In this document: positions 11,752-22,067 of the stretch, in pieces
Position numbering within the stretch: the first letter of the stretch is position 1
Layout: each line of letters starts with the position of its first letter
NCBI GenBank assembly: GCA_030295235.1
Contig: AP026164.1
Span: 124,001-188,000, forward strand
Direction: 5' to 3'
From: Fistulifera solaris
Taxonomy: Eukaryota
DNA length: 64,000 nucleotides
Notes under the pieces: model-generated
Told to the model about the DNA's origin: nothing
The model's input: only the letters and a program-made list of their open reading frames with translations
Databases searched by the model: none
Made by a program: the position numbers and the translations under genes

Positions 11752-13220
11752 TCAAATAAAACCGCCGCCACCACCTATCATTTGTTGAGGAGTCGGGACG
11801 GGCTGCAACATCCATGGATGAGCTAGAACTTGCTCCAAGCTGAGCCTATCTTTTGGGTCGAGGAACAACATTCGCTGCAATAGATCCATGGCGTCACTGC
11901 TTAAACCTAAATTCCATTCTGTCAGCATTTGCACTAAATAGCCCGCCGTCATGTATTTGAATCGTTCATCTGTCATACAAGCGCGCTCCCACGGTGGAAA
12001 CCCAGTCAGCATTAAAAACAAAATGACGCCTGCTGCCCACATGTCGACAGCATGTCCGTCAAACGGTTCCTGGTTTTTGTATATCTCTGGCGACATGTAT
12101 ATCCATTTACCGCACGTTCCCTGCGGTCGAATCAAATATCGCATTGGTTTGGAACTGTGTGCCGGCTTTAGTATTGAGTTATAAAAGGTTCCATTTACCG
12201 TTGCTGCATTCATGGTCATATTTTGCATTTGAACCGAAAGGCTTTGCGTCTCCTGTGTCGGAATATGGAGACACATACCAAGATCAATAATCAACGCCCC
12301 CGATTCATGCACCAATAGATTTTCCAAGCTCATGTCGCGATGACAAACACCCGTTCGCTGCAAGTTGGCAATACCCTGAACGAAACGAATTTGAGAAACG
12401 AGTGGTTGTGAATATGGATTTTGTCACACAACTCATGACTTACATTGAGTACCTGAAGCATCCAATACCTTGCCTCTGGTTCACTAAACTTCTCATTTAG
12501 ATCGAGTCGTTCAAAGAGTTCTCCTCCTTCACAGAATGGCATGACGGAATATAAAAATCGATCATCACTCAGAAGATCTAGCGGTGTCATGATATTCGTT
12601 GCGAGCATCGAGCGGAAGGACTTGGTGACAAAATGTTGCGGTTGATCGTCGGCTATTGATCGTTCATAAAAGTCTTTGATATATTGCATAGCTGCAACTT
12701 CTTTGATCGGATCTTCCGCCAGTCGATCCCTTTCTCTACGAATGTGCTGCCACGCCATTTCTTTGATAGCACATCGTTCATTGGTAGACTCCCAATCTGC
12801 ATTATCACCCGCATATCTCCGACGCAGAACGATGGCTAAAAGGACACGTCCATAGATTGCTTCACGCACCGTTCGCTGCACCCAATACGCGCGCTCTTCT
12901 CGTGGATCGGCTGTCATACTAATATCGTCATCAGCCATGCTATCATCATCCTCAGAAGAACTACTACTCGACATGAAACCATCACTGCTGCTATTACTTG
13001 ATTGACTCCCTCTTCGTTTTCGTCTGCTCGCATTGACGACCGTCCGCACAATAACATTTTCCACTGTGGCGATTCGTTCGCGATGATAAATCCTTGTGGT
13101 GATGCGCGCGCAAGGTAGAGGTTGTACAGCGGGAAATTCTAACGGATCACGGGCTTCCGCTCCGATAAACTGACCTTGCCCTATTAGGCCCGGGTAGTCG
13201 GAATTGTATTCAAATTGCAT
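11752..13220 (-). CDS. Ser/Thr protein kinase (CAMK-like), intron 12376-12443
   Basis: CAIKE, MPFCEGGELFE, CHRDMSLEN, IDLG, YMSPE, DMWAAGV, RLSLEQVLAHPW. A 68-bp GTAAGT..TTCAG intron joins the two ORFs in frame. Confidence 0.92.
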
Positions 13221-14055
13221 TATGCGAACGCTCCTCTTTTTCTTGCATGAAAGAGGTTGCTGCGGTGTTTTAGGGACGACCAGAGAGCGTCACTCTTCTT
13301 TGCTAAATAATGAATTGTTGTGTAAATGGTTTTTGAAAAACTAGAGAATGATATCATGCAAAAGACCAAGTCGAATGAGATAGTTGCTGCCACCTTTTGA
13401 GCCCACAACGCTCTTTTATCGCGACTTATTAAGGCGAGATAATTGTAACTGGTTGGAGAGGTCGGCAGCGTCCAAAGTACAGTCACAGCTATACCTATAG
13501 CACGCGTCTGTGAGTGTGGATCAGCACACCGGTACTGATCACTAGCAGAAAAGAGAACCGCACGCTTTGGAGCGAAACGTACACATTCTACTTGAGATGT
13601 ACTTAGTCCTCTCAGATGTGTAGCTTCTACTTGTTTTGGGTTTACAAACTAGACTTACCCATTAATTGCTCCTACAGTGAAAGTTCCTTCCGTCTTTGAG
13701 AGTCACGTGAACTCTGTCACGTGTAATAAAACAACTCGTCCACGGTTTTTTTTTTTGCTTTGTTTCGCAACGACGTCGAAAGGGTTTGAAGAGCGAAACA
13801 GTGAACCCTTGATTGAGTGCTTCTCATTCTCAAATAAAGCTCTTGTTGCTTCTCTATCGTTCAGCTATTCATTCGCTTTGAAGAGATACTTTTCTACTTT
13901 GCAAAGGCGACATTCGATTGAGATTCATTTTCTTCGAGTCACACTCACTGTGATTGTAAATTTCGGCTCTCCCGCTGTTTTTCGCTACTCTCCCAAGCGC
14001 ATTTGATTGCACGTGTGCCTTTCTTGTAAACTAAAAAGAACCAAGCTACTGCAAT

Positions 14056-15003
14056 ATGGATGCAATGGAGCATCTGAATGATTCTCTTATGAATGGAATG
14101 TCGAATAGTCTCGATGATCCGGGAGAAGACCCCCTGTTTCTTCGAAAAGAAGAAGATCTCATATCGCAACCCATCGCGGCCATTACGTTACCCGAGCGTG
14201 AGCTTTCACTCGATCATGATGATGCTCACGATGCGACGGCAGATCATATTGTAGAGGACGAAACAGATGTTGTTGCAGCCTCTCCCGTCAATGTATGTCA
14301 AATTTGTCAACGCGACGATCAAGATGGACGTCCGCTCTTGCGGTTCCTGCCGGTCGATTATCAACAAAGATTCACAGAAGATATTTGCTTACACGTGTTT
14401 TGTGGGAAAACTGCAACTATTATAGGACATTCGCCGCACTTGGAAATATTAACAAAAGCGGGGCTGAAAAACAAACACGGGATAGGACCAGAAGTAAATG
14501 CCGCATTGGCTAGAACACGGCATGCTGTCATCCCTGGAGACCCGAAACAATACTATCTAGTCCGGGAATTTGAAACTCATCTATCGGATATACGGCAGTC
14601 GAATCAGCAGCGGCTTGTCAATGGGAATTGGGGCGTGCATGCTTCGTCTCAGTTGCAAGCCGCCGTTGCCACCGATGCTGCGCTCTTCGAATTTCACGAG
14701 TCAGAAGAAAGTACCCATGCTGATTTTATCGAGACGGGTCTTCCAAGAGACGATGCTCTGGCGACGAATGCCGCCGAAGACCTCACTTTTGCTCGTGGGA
14801 GAAAACGGCGAAGAGGGGACGACACACCATTACTCCCACAGGTATTACTCCCACAGGTGGAATCGGACGGAAAGCATCGCTGTCTTTGCGGTGGTACATA
14901 CTGGCCTACCGACACACCGAAAGGACAGGCTTCGTGGCGGGCTCATCTTGCCACCAAACGCCATCAAAAGTGGCTAGAAGGGGGAAGGACCGTAGTGATC
15001 TAA
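14056..15003 (+). CDS. Hypothetical nuclear protein with putative Zn-binding motifs
   Basis: Intact 315-aa ORF; CQIC..CLHVFC; NLS-like RGRKRRR; C-terminal C2H2/U1-like CLCG..WRAHLATKRH. Confidence 0.6.
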   Translation: MDAMEHLNDSLMNGMSNSLDDPGEDPLFLRKEEDLISQPIAAITLPERELSLDHDDAHDATADHIVEDETDVVAASPVNVCQICQRDDQDGRPLLRFLPVDYQQRFTEDICLHVFCGKTATIIGHSPHLEILTKAGLKNKHGIGPEVNAALARTRHAVIPGDPKQYYLVREFETHLSDIRQSNQQRLVNGNWGVHASSQLQAAVATDAALFEFHESEESTHADFIETGLPRDDALATNAAEDLTFARGRKRRRGDDTPLLPQVLLPQVESDGKHRCLCGGTYWPTDTPKGQASWRAHLATKRHQKWLEGGRTVVI

Positions 15004-15047
15004 CACATCGCTAATTTTAATTTTTCATTCATTTTTTGTCGCCAACA

Positions 15048-17332
15048 TTACTTTTTCACTTTCGACATCTTCTTTTGAAATGCCTTGAGGGTCTTGCTAG
15101 CTTGCATGGCTTCTTTATCAGCTTTGATCGTGCTCGAAAGATTTGCGAATATGTCCATCACTACCGTTGTAACACCAGCCTTTAGATCACCCGGGTGCAA
15201 TGCTTCCGAACGAAAGTCTTTTTCCAAAGTAGACACGTTTTCGTAGTTGCATGTGCCACCATTCTCTTCCGAGCGAGAAATCACCAACGGTGTTTCCTTC
15301 TTGAGACAGAACACTGTAGCCAACGCAATAGGTGGACAGAACAACGTATTTCCTGGTTCACAGAACGCCTTTTTCATCTTACTTTTCACATTTACCTGTC
15401 AAACAAAAATATGAGGAAGATAATGAAAGAATTATTACTTGGTTCGATAAGCAGCCAGATCGATAATCAGCAACCAACCAGCAGCTCCGCCTTACCGCTG
15501 GGTCATCTGTCAAATAGTACTCATCGTTCTCGGTAACGAGAGCGTCGGATTCTCGAACCGGTTGAAGACGAACATCGAGTTCTTTCGTTATAATCGAAGT
15601 GGGAAGCGGTCAAGTTGGGCAGCTTGTGCGTAAAGAATTCCGAAACCAGCTCGGCGACTACTTGATTGCTTTCCTCCAAGCTCATGGATGCGGGTGCGAC
15701 TCCTGCGATATCCGCGACTTGCATCAAACGTGCGATTACCCCACCTACGCCATCAGAGTCCACCATGTTATCTCCCATGACTTTGTCGAGCATAAAATGG
15801 CGACCCACGTTGATCACACTTATCCAGTAGTTTGATGGATCAGTGAGAATGGCTTGACTCTGGTACTGTATATGCACGGATTCCATCAATGTAGCGTCGA
15901 GTGCCCTCAACGAAGCAAGTAAGAGTGTGTAGAATGCAGCAATGACCTTGTCATCCGCTTGATTGGCATTGCACACCGCCGCCGACCAGTCCGACAGGTA
16001 CAATACAGTCTTGCGTTGTCCTTCGCCGGCACGTATGCGTGCCAAAAGATCAACGGCCTGTTGAAGTGTTGGACTGGAATTGGGTAGAGGGGCAAACACC
16101 AAGTGAGTATTCGCTGGAACATGACTGGACAAGTCAAGACGACGAGGCGTGGTTGATGTGGGTACTGCATCCTTTTTGAATTGCTGGACCTGTTCGAGCA
16201 AGTGTTTGGCATTGGCGTCGTTGGTGAAATGATCACGGACTGGTTGCAACAGCCGATTGAGTTCATTAATCAAACCGCGTTTTAGAGCTTCTTCTGTTAT
16301 AGCCTCCGCTAAGAACGCATCTTTCACGGCCGCAAAATCAGTAAATGTTTGACCCGCTGCTGTAAAAGTGGCACCTGGTGGACTGAAAATAATATGCTGA
16401 ATGTAATCGAGACAAGGATTCTTCAAATTGTCAACAGTCAAATGCATTGATGCCTTTCCCGCATCTACTTCTTCATTCGAAGTACTGCTCGTACTTTCTT
16501 GTTCTTCCACTGCTGGGCAGTACGCTTGCAGAATCTTGCGTTCAACATCTTCCGTGGTATCTTCCATGAAAATGGCCGAATCGGGGTCCGATTTGGACAT
16601 TTTTTCTTGTCCTGCTTTCAAACCGTACAACATATGATGCGAGAGAATAATGGGTTTGAATTTCTTGTTGGAGGCATCACAGTATTCTCGCGCCAACATG
16701 TTGACTTTTCTCTGATCAACCCCAAGCTGACAAATATCGGCCTTGAGAAAGAACACATCGGTGCATTGCATGAGCGGGTAAAGAACTTGTGCTGCCGTCA
16801 GACTACCTTCCAGACGTCCCATGATCTGACAGCACTTTTTAATGCGCGTAATATTAAAGCGCCGAGCTACATCTAACATGAGGGGCCAGTAGACTGACGC
16901 GTGTTGCGTAATTTCTTCCGAAGCCCACTTGAAAACGACATGATCTAAATTCATGCCCGCCGCTCTCCACACTTCAATAAGATACTGTCCGACAATTTTA
17001 ATTTTCTCCAGATCACCACCCATCTTGTCATTCATCAAAGCAAACCAATCAGCGACCCAAAAGACGAAGGTAGCGCCTTCGGCCGACGTACACTTGTTAA
17101 CGTTCATGGCTTTAAAGACGCCTTGCGCAATGTGCATTCGCCCGGAAGGCTCGAAACCGTCATAGAGATTGAATCCAACATTTGTATTGCGGCCTTTTGC
17201 GAGTAACATTCGTTTCAATTCTTCCGCACTGATGCATTCTTCACCCACCGACAAGATATTTTCCCAATCAACTTGATGTGCGTCGGTCCATTCGAGTGCG
17301 GGTTTGTTGTTGCTGTTACTCGTTTCCGTCAT
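15048..17332 (-). CDS. TyrRS: Tyrosyl-tRNA synthetase, double-length form; intron 15396-15495; 1 apparent frameshift ~15605
   Basis: YDGFEPSGRMHIAQG (HIGH-type), ADWFA, YPLMQCTD, QLGVDQRK, KMSKS. The second half is a degenerate repeat ending MKKAFCEPGN..LHPGDLK. Confidence 0.93.
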
Positions 17333-17530
17333 TTTTGTTCTATCTACACCATCTAGATTCTTAGAGTGATAGTGGAGAGCTTAGAAAATGAACAAAAAGC
17401 CCCGTTTTATTTTCAAACAAAGCTCTCACTAAATGAGAGGATCGTCGTTGCACGTTGCACACGTGTTTGAGGTTGGGAGCAAAAATTACGGAGACCTTAC
17501 AGACGCTTACGAAAGAAAGTGCAAATACCC

Positions 17531-17756
17531 TGGTATCAGAATTTCTGGATACGTTATTTCTGCTCATACAGAACTTCTGTGGTGGTCCAGAATTTCTGGA
17601 CCATTTTTTTCGATCCTACCAAAATGCTGTGAACATTCCAGGAACTCTCAACATGGTGCTTCGAATCATAACGGAGGAAAGTCGGCGTTCCAGAAATTCT
17701 GGAAACTGTGCTTTAGGATCATAGCGAAAGAAAGTGCAGGTTCCAGAAAATTTTGA
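17531..17756. repeat. Degenerate ~51-53 bp tandem array related to the 49-bp unit at 35.6-36.0 kb
   Basis: CAGRA-core copies at 17537, 17588, 17639, 17691 and 17744; includes tcatacagaacttctgtggtggtccagaatttctggaccattt, nearly identical to the 49-bp consensus. Confidence 0.75.
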
Positions 17757-17870
17757 AGTTACAAATGTCTTTTCTGTCAACGTTCTATTACGTAGTTTGC
17801 CGTTCTGTTGACTTACTTAAATGATTCAAATTGACTTTATTGACATTGTTACGGAGTACTTCAATAGTGC

Positions 17871-18937
17871 TTAGTTCGATGCTCGTCTCTTTTATCCTTC
17901 TTCGTAGGTATCTTTTTCTGTTCCGACATGGGCGCAGCTTTCGTGTTCGTTACCGCAGCCGATGATTCAATAGAAGACTTGGGCTTTTGTTGTTCCTGCT
18001 TTCGGTATTACTCTCTACAGATGCAATCGAATCCTTGCGCTTTTTCTGCTGCTGATTATCAGTAGACTGCACGCTGTCCATCGATTCCTTTCGTTTCTTT
18101 GTCATCTTCTTATCCTTTGTTTTCTCGCGAGAAAAGTCTACTTTGGAAGGCGTGTCGCCACTGTTGTTGCTTTTACTCGTTTTGGTCGATTCGTCCGTCG
18201 TCGACACACCCGCATAGCCCGGAAAGTCGTATTCAATGCCCATGGCCGCCAAGGCCTTTCTCTTTTTCCTTCTCGTTGCAACAACCGCGTTGTAATTTGT
18301 TTCAATTTCGCCAAACTTTTGCGTCGCGGCGATGTTCGTCGTTGTGTAGGAATAAAGTTCTTTTTGTATCAAACAAATGGCGATGACACGTGGGTACGAC
18401 GTGACAGACGAGTCGCTTTGTTCCCGCGATAATGTATCCCGAAAGTGTTTCGGCAACAATCTGAGCAATATCACTGGAAGTGAATTGACAAAAGGCGTAT
18501 CCTCTAGGACGTCCTGTCTTGGGACTGCGACTGAGCCGCAAATTGACAATCGCACCAAATTGTTTCCAAAAAGGCGACCAATTCGATTTCCTGCATATGC
18601 ATGGGTAAGTGCCCAATGTAAATGACTGGCGAGTCTTTGATACCTTTATTCTTTTCGTCATTGTGTTTAATTAGTTCTTTAACAATCTTTTTCTGTTGTA
18701 GTTTGTTCTTTTTGTCTTTGGTGGTTTCGCCTTTCTCGTCGTCATCGCCCTCGTCGTCATCCGAGTTCCATTCCGGATCTGTAGCGTGCGAAGAAGTCAG
18801 TTTTCGTTGTTTGTTGGGTAAGGGAAAACCCAAAAATGTTTTATGGCGCTGCAACAGACGCAACTTGACATACCTTGTTCGAGTTGTTGCAGTTTGTTCT
18901 GCAAAGTCTCTTCGGCTTGTTCTAAGGCGGATTTCAT
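17871..18937 (-). CDS. Nucleolar RRM protein, NIFK/Nop15-like; intron 18779-18873; several apparent frameshifts
   Basis: ATG 18937 (MKSALEQAEE..); GTATGT..TACAG intron; RNP2 VIYIGHLP, RLSRSPKTGRPRGYAFCQF, AQIVAETLSGY, KALAAMGIEYDFPGY; lysine-rich tail. The 3' end is approximate. Confidence 0.85.
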
Positions 18938-19563
18938 GATGCTCTGTCGTGTCTCGTTTAGGTTTTGACCTCCTTTATTCTTCTAAGAGAAGTTTTGTAA
19001 GTAGGATCAGCAACTATTGGTTTACGTTCCTTGTAATGAATCAAAAAGGTCGTTTCACTTCGATTGTTGCTTTTCTTGTTTTTCGTTTTCTTTTGGGGTT
19101 TGGTTTTTTGCGTTTCGTTTGAATGGACGGAGGACAACAGGAAGGGTGAACAGACGGTGTGAGTGCCGGATGCAGGACGCATCAAACTCGTGACTCTATG
19201 TGGTGCGTGAATGATGCCCGACCGTTTTCCAAAGCGCATCGACAATCGACACGGACGATCGAGCATCGAGCGTTTGCCTCTTATTGTGAATTGTGATGAT
19301 AAACTAAAGAGGTGGCCAGTAATAAAGTCGAAAGAAGAGCATATCATTGTTGCTTTTTTTACTACGGAGTATTATCATCATTGATCTTGTTATTCAGACG
19401 AGGAGTAGACTCTTCCTTGTAAGCTACGCAGCATCAATAAGGCAACCGTTGATAGGAATAACCCAAGGTTTTTCAGAGACTTCAACGACAAAGACGACAC
19501 AATCGACGACGTCCTTTGGAATACATCTTTGCTGCTTTTCTCACATTACTTAATAGTATCATC

Positions 19564-19958
19564 ATGTCCGCGAAAACAGAAACAAAACCAGTCAAAGAAG
19601 ACAGTAAGTTCTCGGTTCCTTATTTTAGTTTCACACTTCACCTCTTGCCCTTTTGATTGTAAGCAAGATCCTCCCTCTCACACACTAACACTCAATACTT
19701 TTCCCTCCCTTTCACTGCCTCGACCTTATTTTCTCAACAGCCGGCACTGACATCAAATCACTTGCCATCAATTTGGCTTCCAATTTACTCATGGCCTTGC
19801 CGATCGCCTTGTACCTGACTTCGGCCAAGTATGTGTATGAAATGATGGCGGCTTTGTTGGCCTCCTTTGCACTGGCTTATGTATTGCCTCCCATGGGTTG
19901 GCGACGACCGCATCCGTACTCGGATGATCCGGCGAATCGACCCGTAAAGCGTGCTTAA
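19564..19958 (+). CDS. Spliced 85-aa small membrane protein (exons 19564-19603 and 19741-19958)
   Basis: ATG 19564, donor GTAAGT at 19604, pyrimidine-rich acceptor ttttctcaacAG ending 19740. The join is in frame with ORF 19773-19958; two hydrophobic segments. Confidence 0.7.
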
Positions 19959-20123
19959 AGCAGGTGAATGAGTACGATTAATGAGCGAAGTAGCTGCAGA
20001 GATTAGCAGACGAGTCGTTTCTCGGAATCGTATTAGATAAGTCACGTTTACGTTGCATACTAGCGTGCTGCCCGCATTCTTATTGATAGACTTCTAAAGT
20101 AGTCAATCGTGCGTCTAGGTATG

Positions 20124-21311
20124 TTACGTACTCGCCTTCGCGTTGTTACGGTAACCGACTCCCAAACAACTCAACAGTACCGTCTTGGTATCCATGTCGG
20201 GTTGCACTTTGAACTCGACTCCCATTAATTCTTTGTAAAGACGCAAACAGTGAATCGTGTACTGTGAGAGTGTCCCCACGCGGACTCGGCTCACATCTTG
20301 TGGCGTCAAACACATCAACAACAATGCGGTGGCTTGCAAATCGGTATCGATGCATCCACCCCGACGAATCTCTTCCAACAAGGCACAAGCGGCGCGTTGC
20401 CCCAGTTCTTCTGGTGCCTCGCGTTGTTGCTTTTGATCTCCCAAGCAGGCTTCAGCTGACAGCATAACGCCTGTCGTCGATTCAGCCGTCAACAAAATGC
20501 TTACTGCCGGACTCGGACCGCATTTGTGTTGTTTGATTGTATGGGCGTCCGTATGAATCCACACATCGGGCAATAAGCGATGAAAGACACCTTTGGCAGC
20601 GTACGCGGCCCGTGCCGCTGTCGAAGAAGAAATCAATTGGGTACTGACAACAGTCCCGCGCACGCGTTTGATCAATCCAGGATCCGCCCAGTCGATGGAT
20701 TGGAGTTCCGTGACAATCGGGCAATACAACTCGACTTGACCACCTCCTCGTGGAGCGCCTCCGCGTTGCCGAATGTGAATGGCGGGAGGTGAGTCTGCAA
20801 GGAAATCGTTGGGATCGGGAAGTCCGATTCCGAATTGTTGAAAGAGGATCGTCATGTGTTTCTTCCAGTAGTCGATAGAAGGATCTCGATGCTCCAGTCC
20901 GTCAGTAACGCAGTTGGTAAACGTAACTTGAAGTGCCTCTTTGCCAAACGGAGCCAAAGGAAGTATTCCCTGCACTAACCAACCGACATGATGCGGATTC
21001 TCTTCGTTGCGCGAATTACTGCAATCATGTTCGATGACACCACCAGTCAACAGACCCGGCTGAAAACGCAATTGCGTACCCGCAGTGTTAATTTCTAGTT
21101 GCGAACCGTTCGTCATTTGATCCAGCAATCTTAAGAAATTGATTTCCCGCGGCGATAAACCGGGAGCTTCTAAATCTTTATGACGAATGTTTCTTATCAC
21201 AATCGGGCGATTTGTCAGAATGCTCACAACGAGTCTCATACGAAACAAAACGGCTCCGTCGTCGAAATACGTATACTTTGTGTTATTATTGTTACTTGCG
21301 GGGCGCTTCAT
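20124..21311 (-). CDS. RCL1: RNA 3'-terminal phosphate cyclase-like protein (18S rRNA biogenesis)
   Basis: FRMRLVVSILTNRPIVIRNIR, FLRLLDQMTNGS, PRGGGQV, LLPDVWI, PEELG, GGCID, C-terminal CLGVGYRN. Confidence 0.93.
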   Translation of the reverse strand: MKRPASNNNNTKYTYFDDGAVLFRMRLVVSILTNRPIVIRNIRHKDLEAPGLSPREINFLRLLDQMTNGSQLEINTAGTQLRFQPGLLTGGVIEHDCSNSRNEENPHHVGWLVQGILPLAPFGKEALQVTFTNCVTDGLEHRDPSIDYWKKHMTILFQQFGIGLPDPNDFLADSPPAIHIRQRGGAPRGGGQVELYCPIVTELQSIDWADPGLIKRVRGTVVSTQLISSSTAARAAYAAKGVFHRLLPDVWIHTDAHTIKQHKCGPSPAVSILLTAESTTGVMLSAEACLGDQKQQREAPEELGQRAACALLEEIRRGGCIDTDLQATALLLMCLTPQDVSRVRVGTLSQYTIHCLRLYKELMGVEFKVQPDMDTKTVLLSCLGVGYRNNAKAST

Positions 21312-22067
21312 CGTAGTAGTGCTTGTGTATTTGCTTGTTAATGCTCGTCAATGCTAAAGCGATTGAGTTTTTTTTCCATTTTGGTTGTTGCACATCGTTT
21401 TTCTGTTTTGATTGAAATTTTGGATGGTCCTTCGCTCCGCCAACCTGCTGACGTACAGACCAATAAAGCAGCGTTTAGTATAGCATGAAGTGCACGAGTG
21501 ACGATTTCCGACTTATCTGAAAATCAGTCCCGTGATGATCGTGGCATCGAGCATCGGTGACAGTTCAATATTTACTACTTAGTACATGTTAAACGCCAAT
21601 TTCGACCATTCATTAATTTAAATAGCTTCATTAGTCATGGTTACACTTTATGATTGCTATTACTTATTGCTTGGATTCAGTACGCCATTTGCATCAATGT
21701 TAGAAGCTGAGAGTCATCGACGACTCTTGACTCTACTTCTTGGCAGTCCCGACAACTATGGACTGGATTCATGTCCATTTCAATGAAGTATTCTAGCCCT
21801 ACACGTTAGGCATTACTTCTAGTCTATAAACTCATGAGCTAAAGCTCATTTGTTGGTGCGACTGTTGTAGATGACATGAGTCACCAATCATCATTCATAA
21901 TACGCTGTTACAGATCGCTTGGACCATAAAGTAACGAGGTTTTGATCAGCGACTAGTAAGAACAAAAAGCTAGTGTAAACTACAATATTCGTTAAAACAA
22001 GTTATTCCAACAAACTACCCAATCCAATCAAGATACCAGGTATGAGGCTTGAACGATTGGTGAAAAG

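Noticed and set aside
14829..14858. 15-bp tandem duplication (LLPQV x2) within a CDS
   Set aside because: An ordinary in-frame slippage in a disordered region.
17688..17704. Canonical heat-shock element in ttccagaaattctggaa
   Set aside because: The central GAA-TTC spacing is 1 nt rather than the 2 nt needed for contiguous nGAAn units; kept only as a loose hypothesis.
17871..21311. Ribosome-biogenesis gene cluster (NIFK-like + RCL1, with UTP25 further away)
   Set aside because: Two neighbours from a large functional class are expected by chance; no shared motif was seen.
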